Below are positions 14,440 through 26,600 of a DNA stretch of 64,000 bases, piece by piece (within the stretch, counting starts at the first letter, position 1; each line of letters opens with the position of its first letter). Position numbers and translations under genes: made by a program. The stretch covers positions 57,784,001-57,848,000 of the forward strand of contig CM060734.1 in assembly GCA_030704615.1 (NCBI GenBank). The letters are read 5' to 3'. The DNA comes from Takakia lepidozioides. Its lineage: Eukaryota > Plantae > Bryophyta. The notes below the pieces were generated by a model. It did not search any database. It saw only the letters and a program-made list of their open reading frames with translations, and had not been told where the DNA came from.

Positions 14440-17400
14440 TCACTGGGACTGGTACAATGAGACCATGTAATCCAACTTAAAACTGTCAGATTCCACTATC
14501 TCTCTCTGGGCCATGAGTTGGTCCAGCAATGCTGAAAATGCAGGGAGTGAGTCTTCACCGGTAGGACCCTGGAAGTAGGCCACATCATGCTGGAGCTGCT
14601 CCAGCACAGAGCTGGCACGTTGGAATTCCGCCCTCTGAACCTCCACTTGTTCCAACGTCACCCCCATTCTTACCTGTACCTGTTTCAAACAATGACACAT
14701 CCCTCCCGTATAAAACTCTAAGGTGATACAGCACTAAACGAATTTTGTTCAACAACAACCCCCCCCCCCCCACTGCACCCAAGAGAGACAGGATGACCGA
14801 ACCAAACCACATTGTTAACACTCTCAGTATATCCATGTTCTTCATTTATAATAGGATCAGGCCGTTTAGTAGATGAGATTGGGGTTCTCCCAACTATCCA
14901 GTAGCCGTCCTCTACCCATAATGCAAGACTTGAGCAGAACGACAGAGAAAGATAAGCTACATAGCTGAACGTAGCTTCTCTGCCTGGTCAGTACATGACC
15001 TTGAGGCCTCTTCCAGTAAATGTATCACTCAGAAATAATGTCATCAACAGTTTCACATGTGGTACTTCAAACATCATGCACCGATATATTTCGCTCCTGC
15101 AGATATCAACGTCAAATTAAGTAACATGTACTCCAGAGGAGTATAGCATTCATGATTGACATGACCAATCCTCCATTAGACTGAATTATGCCAATCAATT
15201 CCAGATCTTTCCTCTGTCAGAGGATCCTAGTTAGTCTCGACAGACTGTTGTGCCCAGAATGTGCTTAATGAAAAGATACAGTAAATCTGCACCAGTTACC
15301 AACCAATCCAGTTTCATGAAAGTATGCATGTGGCAGGAGTACCTGCTTCATCACTTTTATTCGGCGGCGTCCTTTGTAAGCTTGCAAACTCAACGTAGTG
15401 GCACGATGTGCATGAGCCTTGGCTTCAGCATCAGCTTGCTGAACATGCTGTGCCAGCAAAGCTCGTTGGGCTTCAGCTACCTTTTCAGCACGTTCCCATT
15501 CTTCATATTCTTCCTTAGCTTCCTTTTGCCATGCAGACACTTTCTTCTCCTCATCCCGCCAGTTAATGTTGTGTCCAACCACCAGTGCTTCCTGTGCCCA
15601 CTCAGCATCTTGACCTGTTCCCATGATTTATATAAGCAACCAATCATCATCGCTGATATCAACATCTTTCCGGCCATGACAGAGAGATACTGTCAGTGAA
15701 CCTTTTGCAGCAAACGTCCCATCGCCATACCATGAGGGGCTCCCACCATGCATCGCATTGAAATTAGGACCACTACGTGACCAATTTCAGAGGAGTTGCT
15801 TCCAGTCCTACCTAGCCCAGTAAAATACCAAACAAATACAAGAAACAACAAGAATCCAGCAAAGTAACACTAACCTCTAATTCCCCATAACCCCCTGCCT
15901 CAATATATACATAGAAGTAAAAGAAAAACAGTTGAGGTCCCATTGTTGTAGCATGGTACAAAAAGAATGTTAGGGGGCTGCTTGGCCCGTCTAACAGAAA
16001 TCCCCCACTATTACTCGTCCAACTACATAATCAACCTAGTTCTTCTAATTCTTCAGGCAGAACTTGGCACACCAAGTAATACATGGCGTCTGTCATGCCC
16101 AGAATAGCTATTGAAGAACAAACCAAATAAAAGTCTATTACTGGAAGTAATGAAAAGAGGATAAGAAGTACCAAGAGGGGTATCCTCGTCAATGAGTGCA
16201 TCCAGTTCTTCCCGAATGAGTTGCAAGAAATCATGTATTTCAGTGCTGGGAGAGGGGCACTGCTGTACCAACTGGTGGGCTTCCATCACCTTGTGCTGTA
16301 AGGGTTCATATGTAACCCTCTCAGTGTCTTTCAAGACCAGAACAGCTAATAATAGGTGTTTCTCTATCTCGTCCACAAGATGGCTGCTCACTGCAGACTC
16401 CAACCTCTTCTTCCAAAAGTCCAACAAATCAAACCTTTCAGAGCAGACTGGGCATTGAAACTCCCCATCCAGGTGACGTTGCTTAAACACACCAGCTTGT
16501 TGAATATTGAAGGCACAGAGGAAGTGACACACATGAGAGCATGCTCCACACTCGAGGACCTTCCACTTCTCATCAGGCCATATCCCCACCTTGCACAAGC
16601 TACACATGCATCCACGACAGAAGGATACTTGTGTGCAGCTCTTGCACAAGCAAATTGTAGCAGCCACTTCACATCCTGGCCCTGTCAAAAGTGATGTCAC
16701 ACGGCTATGGCTAGTTTTCTCTCTCCCTCCTACTATCCCCTCCCTCCGTCCAAGATCAGTGTTGGACAAATCTGCCATCTCCTGAGCTCCACCATCATAC
16801 TTGACCTGTCTATGACCTGTGCCTTCTGAGAGAATCCAATGGGCACCAGCATGTTCAACATGTCCATCACCTCTATCCTGAGCTACATCTCCAGCCTCTA
16901 TTGGTGGCAGATCCCCTTCTTTGACTGCTTCCAGACTTCCATTCAAATCAAACGGTGCTGGTGGGCTCTCTACATGCTTAAAGTTCTGGAAAAAGCTGAG
17001 TGCTGTAAATTCTTCAACACCTTTGTTATGCAGCACACCCTCGGCATTTGCAGACCCCACCATTGCTGCATTGACTACGCCCACTTGATCCGAATAAGGT
17101 TGAATCTCTTGGCGACTGGATTGCACAGCCTCACTGGGATGGCCGTGCTCAAGGGTATGTCCAACCTCAATTGAACCATTTTCAGCCCCTTGGTCATTAG
17201 ACAACAATTTGCCGCCAAATTGGGTAGCCTCCTTAGTAAGGGTCCTGATTTTACCAGCCTCCAGCAAGCACCAGTATTGCTTGTGCTTGCATCGCCAGTC
17301 CACACACAAGGACGCAAGCTCAGTCTTTGCTAGAGAAACAGGGGGGTCCTCATTCCTCAAAATAGAAACAAACACGCAGAGCACAGGTGGTTCATAGCGT

Positions 17401-19569
17401 AGTAAGTTGTTGACTTCCAGCTTTCGCTTGAGTAATAGACCCCTCATTTGAGTCATTTCTGATGCACTCTTGCCCTTCAGGCGTCCTGCCTCCTCCATAA
17501 ATTGTCGAAAGACATCGTTTCCATTGTGAAGCCATTTGTAGCTCGATGGAGTGGACAGAATAGACTTGAATGAATGCTTGAGAGCACCAGCGAGTCGCGC
17601 CTCAGTTTTCTTCCTCTTTCTTCCAGTCATGAGGGTTGCTGCAGCAAACGGCGTCACTTTATGTGGGAGGTCATTTGATAACATCAAACCACTCTTGTCT
17701 GCTTTCTCCTGGCCATTTTCCATAACCAATGATATGATCAAAAACTTCTGCCAGTTCCAGCATAAAAGCTTGATGGTCCTACCTGATTTCCACCCATTTC
17801 TCCATCACCCAAGCTTTGTGGTGTGCCTACAGTGCTGGTATAACAACTGCAATTGGAAATTGGCAGCGGAAATGGGGGGCCTTCTTAGGTTACCCATGCT
17901 AGTGCTGTTTTTCTATGGCCACAAGGCTACACCAAACAACATCTTACATGAGTACATTCTATGTTAGAACTTAGCAACACTTCAACACTCATCTTCCGCG
18001 TGTGCATGTATCACCATTGGCACAGGAAAAATGGTTGCATCCCATGTACAAATTTGCACGCAGCTGGTAGGGGGCCAAGAGGCTGTGTCATCTTGGCCAT
18101 GGCACCTATCACCTACCACCTAGTTTCTCCATAATCCCATTCTCCTAAACCGTGACCCGACGACCTGGCAAGAAAGAGAACTGCACTGCGAAACTCCATC
18201 CCAGCTAGCAGCAGGCAGATGTTTGTTGCACCCGAATAATGAACCCCTAGCACTAGGTTCTGTGGCCATGGATCCCTCTCGCATATGTGCATGGGCTACC
18301 AGAACCAGAAAAAAGCACAAGTAGAATTTAATGCCTGCTCCCATCTCTCTGCGGCGAGTAATCCTTACAGTGTGAATCTGATACCTTAAAAACTGCAGTC
18401 AGAGAATTAAGCATGACAATATTGTACCCCACATATTAACATTCTGAATAGTCACTGAAATAGGACCCTGGCATTTAAAAGAGTCTGATGGTAAAGGATG
18501 TTACCATGTGAGGTGCGAGGCCCTTTTGAGCATTCTTTTTCATACGCTTCCTCTTAGCAGACATCTCATCATCCTCAGCTTGCTTTCTCTTGGCAGATGA
18601 TTCCTCCTCTTCAGATAGAATTTTATGTGCAATTATGTCACCATCTTGAGACCCCCTCCCACGTTTCTTGGGTACAGCTAAGACCCCCGGCAATGGCCCG
18701 AACTTGAAGTCTTGCAACAACAACCCAACGACACAATCGACGTTTTAGAGGTGGCCCGCATCTGTGCAGTGTTTAGACACTCTCCCGGCCAAAATAGGAA
18801 GAAAAAGGGTAGATATGTCTTCACTTCCAGAGAGAAAAGAGTAGATGAAAGGCAGCTGGTTTGAGCAAAGAAAAATATGAAGGAGTGGAATCAAATGGAA
18901 TGGATGTAGACCCTACCTACAGTCGTAAGATCAAAGTTTGTAGCCATGCAACAGGGCGGTTAAAGACTGCACTTGGACAAGCATACATTATGCCCATTCA
19001 GCCAACTCATCTGGAATTTTATCAACTTACTTCAGCTCCGTTCTACATACCAGGGCTTGGCCCTGCAGCTGTGCGACCTAGGTGGAAAGCATTGTCAGTG
19101 AAGTCTTGCTCCCTACATCTCTGGCTACAAAATATTCTTCAGTCCCATGAAATGTCGTTGAACTAGACCCACATAATCATCTGCTAGAGCCTGAACTGGT
19201 TACAGAAAACCCACTGAGTTCAGTTACACAAATTTTCTCAGAAAGTATCCCCAGCACGGACTTTCTTAATATTTGCATCCCATCCGCTATCAGAGGAGGT
19301 GTAACTACCTTAAGTAGAGGACGAATTTCCAAACGAAACTCACCTTCTGGGCCGACCCGCCAGCAGAATTCACTGAAGGCAGGTGGGTTTGGAATAGAAG
19401 AGAGGTAGTCTTGTAGCTGTATCTGGGACCGAATGCGCTTCCCGGTGGGCGAGCAAAAATACATATCTGACACCCTTTGCCCTGCTTTCCATTTCCAGTC
19501 CTTCGGTGCGAAGGGCGGACCCTCTCCCGTCCGCCCTGCTAGGGGATGTGGTATAGGGTCGTGACCCAT
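14440..19569 (-). CDS. MBD + AT-hook-like + OBERON/VIN3-type PHD + coiled-coil protein (paralogue B), multi-exon, about 850 aa if all exons join
   Basis: Predicted exons 19569-19344, 18710-18505, about 17747-16172, about 16062-16036, about 15614-15343 and about 14679-14440; phases are compatible. Exon 1: GEGPPFAPKDWKWKAGQRVSDMYFCSPTGKRIRSQIQLQDYL..EFCW (MBD). Exon 2: PKKRGRGS. Exon 3: CLCKSC..FCRGCMCSLC..CGACSHVCHFLCA..LDGEFQCPVC..DLLDFWKKRL. The join between exons 2 and 3 is the least certain. Confidence 0.72.
17913..17960 (+). mobile_element. Roughly 50-bp 3'-end copy of the RTE-X-like LINE
   Basis: ctatggccacaaggctacaccaaacaacatcttacatgagtacattct matches 61240-61280. Confidence 0.75.
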
Positions 19570-21095
19570 TATCCTTTATAGGCTTCGAATCTACGAAAGC
19601 ACTCGAGCTGGAAAAGAAGAGGGTGGAGAAACTGTCAGACCAGACTACTGTATCTCTTTTGTCAAGGGCGGTTTCGCAACAGATGTTCAGAAGATTTTCA
19701 CAACTGCTCAGCGCATCTTGGTGCCCAAGCAGATTGACATCGGAAGGCCCGTTCTCTCGCTCTCATGCACAGTGGAATCTCAAAGAGACAAGCGACAAGA
19801 TTACATAAAACTGTTACCATCGAAGTGCCTGACATCAAGAACTTTTTCTCTCCCATTCTCGCATAGATTGGATGGATAGTACACCCACCTAGTCAAGAAG
19901 CTGCACGAATAGAAGAAACTTCGGTTTGGAAGTTACAAATGGTAAACCGGTCGTTACCAGTCTCTCCTTCGCCGTTAACTCCACTTTCCGGCCTTCATAA
20001 TCACACCCATTACAGCGTATTGCAGCTACGTACAAAGCTGCAGTCAGGCGCTTGGTGTGCTGGCTTTGGCGGCTGCGGCCTCAATCACTCTGCCACTTGA
20101 TTTTTTCGTCTTTCCATGTTCCCATGCTGGAAAGGGTACCTATTCAATTAGCCTTTCGCTTAGGCGTCCAAGAAAATATTTCCACCCCCCCTCCCTCTCT
20201 CCTAACATGGCAATACACAATAAACCTCCATTGGAGGATGACACTCCATGTAAACCCTATAGAGCAGAGAAGAAATGGAAAACCTATACGAAATTTGCCA
20301 TTACGAAGTGACACACTCCGAGGTGAAAGGACGTAATTATGGCTCGAAAGTTGAGGCACCGCCCGGAGCCTACCTAAAGTGCAATAGGTATGAAATGGAC
20401 TCAAGTACTAATAAGATATCTGTTGCTTTTAGCCAGGTTGCGACATTGCGACGGCGGGTTGACATCACTCACACCACGCATCGCGCCTCTCAATCTACCC
20501 TTACCTCTGACCGATTACGTACATGGCCCTGTCTCGCCTCCATCTACAGCCGCACTAAAAACTACGTGAGTACCAGGTAGAACAAACAAAACCACAAAAT
20601 CCAGACACTCTCAATCGGAAATCCATCCGAAGCTGGGAAAACAGTGTGTTCTATTAACAGCATGCAGTACTATTATGTCCTTTAGCGTGGATTCTTTACA
20701 CTTTCTGACCTTCAAATGATCTCATCACAGCAACCTATATCGCAACTCCACAGTGGGAGCAATCACCGACTACCGCTGACCAAATCCCACTGGAAAACAT
20801 ACCTACCTACCTCTCCGCCATAGTTGAATGGAATCATCACTGCTCCATCTCTGACATCACACACTGTGTCGTCTTCCTCGCGTCCACAGCCCTAATCCGC
20901 CATAGCCAGGGCGCAGCGCTTATATACTATACACAGCCACGCATGCGAAGCGGTATGGGATAAATGGGGAATATGGCGTATAGTTATTATATTATGCTTC
21001 GTAATGCGAGATGCCTGGCAAAATCTGACGTGATCGAATTCTTACTAACTATATTTTGAGGGGTTGGCGCGCACGTCTTTTTAAAGCGCTTCAGG

Positions 21096-21164
21096 CGTCA
21101 GTCAGGATTCGACCCCCTGCGTGGTCCGACCCCATTGACTTACGGTCTAACTGTCGCCACTGAC
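21096..21164 (-). pseudogene. Degenerate tRNA-like sequence (long variable arm, Ser/Leu-like), lacking a D-arm
   Basis: Minus strand reads gtcagtg..tagaccgtaagtcaatggggtcggaccacgcagggggtcgaatcctgactgacg. It has acceptor-like GTCAGT/ACTGAC pairing and a B-box-like GGTCGAATCC inside a gcagg/cctg stem. There is no A-box, and the anticodon loop is imperfect. Confidence 0.4.
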
Positions 21165-21174
21165 AGGTGTCGAT

Positions 21175-21830
21175 CACATTCATTCGCGCCGACGCTCTAG
21201 GATGAATATCAAGACGTTCATTCTTATGGTATACCGGAATCGATGACCGTGTCTCGCGACTCTCTAGGATGATTATTAAGACGTTCAGTCAGATACGGGG
21301 ATAGAAGACATTCATCCGTGTCTCAGACGCTCTAAGATGAATGTTGAGACGTTCATTCATTATGCCAGAATAGATTACATTCATCTGTGTTTTGCGATGC
21401 TCTCGGATGAATATGAGACGCTCATTTGGACTAGATGACATTCATGATGCAATTGGATGAATATTAGAGATGTTCATACATGTTCAGGAATCGATGACAT
21501 TCATCCGTGTCTTGCGATGCTCTACTAAAGACGTTCATTCATGTGCCGAATAGATGACATTCATCCATGTCTCATGGCACTATATGATGAGATATTATAC
21601 ATTCATTCGTATGCATGAATAGATGACATTCATCCATACTTGCATCGAATATGGAGACGTTCATTCATGTACCAAAATAGATGAAATTCATCCATATCAC
21701 ACAACGCTCTAGGATGAATATTAAAGTTCATTCATATACTAGAATAGATGACATTCATCCAGGTCTCGCGATGCTCTATAATGAATATGAAGGTATCGAA
21801 ATAGATGACATTATCTTCATCAATGTAGAA
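21175..21830. repeat. Degenerate minisatellite, unit about 68 bp, about 10 copies
   Basis: Consensus is roughly gaYgctctaggatgaatattaagacgttcattcatatNccagaatagatgacattcatccgtgtctcgc. Units start near 21191, 21258, 21326, 21396, 21446, 21516, 21576, 21644, 21702 and 21770. Confidence 0.9.
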
Positions 21831-22009
21831 GATGCAGATGAATGAGAATATTTTCATTCGTGCATGATCCCAAATGTCTAGACATGAATGAGGGAATGCA
21901 GTTGTTATTTATTTCGTAACTTATTTTTAAATTCCAGTGCAAAAGCAAAAACAACTTAAATACCCATGTTGTATGAGATTGTGTAGAATGAATTGCCCAA
22001 TTAAGTTAA

Positions 22010-22813
22010 CCCCTAAAGGACGAGGGGAGGCGATGCGGGTCGCGTCAGATTACTTGCCAAGCTCCAATTCCCATGGATGATAGTGGATGGAAGTGCACCT
22101 TGAAGATGAATTGTAGATTGTCATAGAGGAGCACATGTGGGAATTTACAGCGCCAAAAAATCATAGAAGCTCTACTCCCTAGAATTTTGCAAAGTGCTAG
22201 GGTTTCATGAAATCCAGTGTTAGAGCACCATTGACCCGCCTGCGTGGCAGTCAAATGGGCAAATGTTCAAGATAACATCTAGGGCTGAAAATTTATCATA
22301 ATGCCAAAAAATTTGGACAAGGCACCATGAAATATTACTGTGCACTTACTTACCAAAGGAATTGGTAAACAAATGTCACCTCATGGGTGTACTTGGGAAA
22401 GAAGCCAAAACAAGATAATTTACACCCCAATTTCACATACAAAGCAGCCCCCCATATTTTTAGCATATTGGTCTGAGATTATGGGAGATGACATATTGGT
22501 TGCCCTTATCCGGATTCTGGAGGCCATTTCTTCAAGAAAAAATGTAAAACCACCAAATTCGCATGGTCAAAGCAAATTTTCCTCTCTTTTTTTGTTCATG
22601 GTTTTAACTTGGCCAATTTTCTTTTGTTATAATCTACTAAATGGAACGGTCAAAAGTGCTACAATTTTTTGAGGACCTTCATGTAGTAGGTAGGGATGGA
22701 ATGGAACGGTTCATCCAGCTGGATGTAAGGGGGGTAAGAAGTTACAGCTTAGCAATGGAAGGTATGGCCCACTTTTTGGGAAAACTCCCAAAAGTTAGCT
22801 TGTCCTTTAGGGG
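22010..22813. mobile_element. piggyBac-like non-autonomous element (804 bp)
   Basis: Perfect 12-bp TIR cccctaaaggac/gtcctttagggg, flanked by TTAA at 22006-22009 and 22814-22817. It is absent from the opposite foldback arm and has no transposase ORF. Confidence 0.75.
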
Positions 22814-23698
22814 TTAAGTGGGACTCACCGTAAAGTTTAGAATTGTGAGTAATAGGAAAAGCAAAAGAAATGTAGATTGGCTTCAATATTATATGTTATT
22901 GTACATCATAAGTGCCTATGACAAATGCCTTATACAATGGTGGACTGGTGCCTGGAATTTTTGACATAGTAAGGTCATAAGCTTTTAAAAAACAGATCCA
23001 TTGTTTTCATTGGTTGCTCTATCAAAAATCAAAAAGGCCATTGATAGCTCTAGCTGACTAAACAATAGGTCAATGGTGGTCCAACAGAGGGGCGTGCTAC
23101 AGTATGAGTACACAATACACCTTGTAGAAGATATAATAATTGTCGTGCACCTAAGCATCGTGCCACAACATGCATCACGGTAATTCTACGTCATCATGAC
23201 TAAAACCTTGACATTATATATAATAATTCGTCATTAGGTGGTTATCCCAATATCAGGTCACAGCCCTCAAGTGGTTCGTTTTTCCCACTTTCTTCATGCA
23301 TTTTCGGACCCCATCCCTTTTTCAAATATATAACATCACCAAACATATCACATCACAACCCTTTTGTACCCCACGAGTAGAGGCTTCGTTGCTAGGTGGT
23401 TCTCAACTTGCTTAGTCTACTTAGGAGTTTCTTGCTACGCTATGATTTAGTGAATGAACATTGAGTTTAAGGTTACTAAACCCCTTGTCCGGTACGTTGC
23501 CTAAGAGTAAAGTTAGCAGTTGACCAAAACAAAAAGGTTGATATGGATTGCTGGCACGCGTAGTTGGACAACTAATTTACAAGATATTGTGGTGTGATAT
23601 GTTTGGTGATGTTGATAATATATATATTTGAAAAATGGATGGGGTCCGAAAATGCATGAAGAAAGTGGGAAAAACGAACCTGGTATGAGGGTTGTGAC

Positions 23699-26600
23699 CA
23701 GTGTTGGTCTGGTATATAGGGGCCAGCCTGGTATCAAGAATGGTATCAACACTGGTATGAAGAACCAGACCAGGCTGGTCTCAACAGTTGTGATACTCAG
23801 GTGTAAACTAATATACCCCTGGTATGAGATTTTGTAAGAAACGGGAAAAGTCCAGACCAGCCTGGTAGCACTTTCGGAATACCAGACTTCATACTCGATG
23901 CACGTTCACCTTCTTCCTTCTTAGCCTAGTATCGGTATCCAGCAAACTTAGGGTTCTTAGTAAGCTATGGAGGGTTGTTGCAACTCATTATTGCAATGGC
24001 GGCATTCATTCATAATGTGTTGGTAGTTGGTATTTAGTAGGCGGGGTTTGTGGCGCCGGCCACGTTTCAATGCTGTCGGCCAAGCATCAACGCAGCTTTC
24101 CACTTTCTACTTAGGTTTTGTTCTGTGTAACTGACTTAGGTTGCACCGAACCCGTGTTTTTGTCTGTGTGTTGTCAAATGAACGATATGTTTAACGCAGC
24201 TTTTGGTAAGGTTTGATCGTTCATCATGGATCCCAACTACTTGCATGTTGAGCATGAGGATTTTTGGGAACCTGATGAGGATGAGGGGACAGACACAGGG
24301 TTGGCAACCGAATCTTTGAGCGAGCACACAGTGGAGACGGTGGCGGAGGTGCTTGCTGCCGAGGAAGAAGCGATTTGGAAAGTGTAGCTCTTACAACTTG
24401 TGAAGAACCAAAAAATTTGGTACCCACATCACATATCTGCACCTGCTTGGGCGTTTTTGTGCTCAACGACCCAGCAACAGCCGTGGACGTTCAAGTTTGT
24501 CAAATCATGCGGTGCGTGTTATGCCATCCTACAAGCCCATCTTCCAGTTCGAGCAACAGAACCAGATCTCGGAAAGGGATTATTGCATACAATCCTTCTC
24601 ATGGCATTACGAGTATAAAGAAACATGTGGGTAACAAACACGGTGGTGCACTCACAAGATATAAAGAGCACAAACGATCTGCAGATGAGGCTCAAGGTGG
24701 ACGCCAAAAATGTAAGAAGAGAAGGAACTCGGTTGCACCCACTGCCATTACGGAGTTCTTTGGTAGCAAACATCCTTACAGATGTAACGATCCTGGTCAG
24801 CTACACGTCATAGAAGATCTGGTTTTGTTCATCGCCAAAGGTTACATGCCTATGTCAGTTGTTGAGAGTAGTTGGTTACGGCGATTAGTTTTACGGCAAT
24901 GTGATAAGGTGCGCTTTCCTTCTCGCAAGCAGCTTGTGCATGAGCACATCCTGGCGATGCTAGCAAAAACAATTGAGAGTTACGTACTCCCATCCATTGC
25001 ACAATGTTCCACAGCCACGGCCACTTTTGATTTGTGGATGTCCAGATCGGGATTTTACACTTTTGCCCTGGTCATTAACTTCATCAATGAGGAGTGGCTT
25101 CTATGCCATGTTACTGTAGGTTTGTTTGAGGCACCAGACACTTCTGGCGCAGCACTGGCGGAACAGGTTAAGAAGCTTCTGGCCGAGTACAAGCTTACGG
25201 ACAAAATTATCTCGTATGTGAAGGATGAAGGGGCTAACTTAAACACTCTTGCACAAGCTCTCACATCAGTTGTCTCTTGCACACCTCTGGAACTTCAATC
25301 ACCATTTGTTGGTGTTTGTTTTGGGCATCTCATGTCAAAGGCTTGCCAATACGCCACAACTGAGAGCAAAGTGGGTGCTGGAATGAAAGAAGTTAGTCTT
25401 GTGGATGCTCAAAGTGCCTTGCAGAAGACAATAACATGGACTAAGAAATCAGGAAAGGGAAGACAGGAATGGGATCTTGCCTGTAAGGAAGTTGGATTGC
25501 GGCCAAGAAAGCTTAAAACCCCTGTCAAAACGCGATTTGCCTCAAAGGTGGTGCTCTTCCAAGAGACCTTGGAATATTCTACAGCGATTAACTTGTGCTA
25601 CAGTCGACAGACATCTCGACTTCAATCTCGGGTACCTGGTGGCTCAACATAGGCCATCGCCAAGGCAGTCACTGAAACTCTTACACCTGTTGTGAAGCAA
25701 TGCATTTTAAATCAAACTAGAGGATATTGGCTGTTGTCGGATACCTTGTTTGCAGCATTCTCTATTGCTACAAAAATGAGTCAAGATTATAATCGTCGGG
25801 CAGCCAGGAACCCTCCACTAACATGTGGTGATTTTGAGCAAGAGTTGGAAATCCTGTATGCTCGAATGGGACTAGAAGTTATCAATGTCTTGCGGCCTTT
25901 TCTATCTTTTGCAGTCACTTTTAATCGAGGCCATGCACAGAATATGTGTGCACTTATACTTGATCCTCGGTACAAAGGCCTGCAGTGCATCATGGACTAT
26001 GGAGGACGAGAAAATACAAAGGCTATTAACTGCATTCAAGCACCTCAATCCAGGCCGTGTAGATAGTCCTCCTCCAGAAGAGCCACTCCCTCAGGAATCA
26101 CTATGGGGAGTTTCTACCTCAACTGAGGAGGCGAGCTTAGGGCTTGTAAAAAGTGAGTTATCAATGTATCGCCGTTTGATTGTGAATCCAGATGATGTCA
26201 AGTCTCCGTTATTGTGGTGGAAGGATCATGAAAGCCGCTTCCCTAATGTAGGGTTTTTGGCTCGCCAATTTCTAGGAATACCAGGTTCGCAGATTGAGAC
26301 CGAACGCATATTCAGCATTGCAGGGATATTTACCAGTATGCGTCGATGCCGACTTGGAGTGAAGAACATGGACAAATTAGTGATGATTTTAAAGAACTGG
26401 CCTAGCGATGCAAGGACTGGTTGCCCTCTCGCTGATAAGGGAGTGGAGGAATTTTTCATTGCTGAAGATGATCTCCTTGAAGATTATGAAGAAGAACTTG
26501 AAGATGCTGGTTACTTTGAGGATGTGTTGTAGCACTTAGTTTCAGTACTTTTTGGCTGTGAGGATGTCTGCAATTGTGTGGCAGCTTCAGTACTCTTAAC

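Noticed and set aside
20878-20930. snRNA-type USE plus TATA promoter
   Set aside because: The USE match is poor and no recognisable snRNA follows.
21175-21830. CRISPR-like array
   Set aside because: The whole unit is repeated and degenerate, with no unique spacers between identical repeats and no cas genes. The context is eukaryotic.
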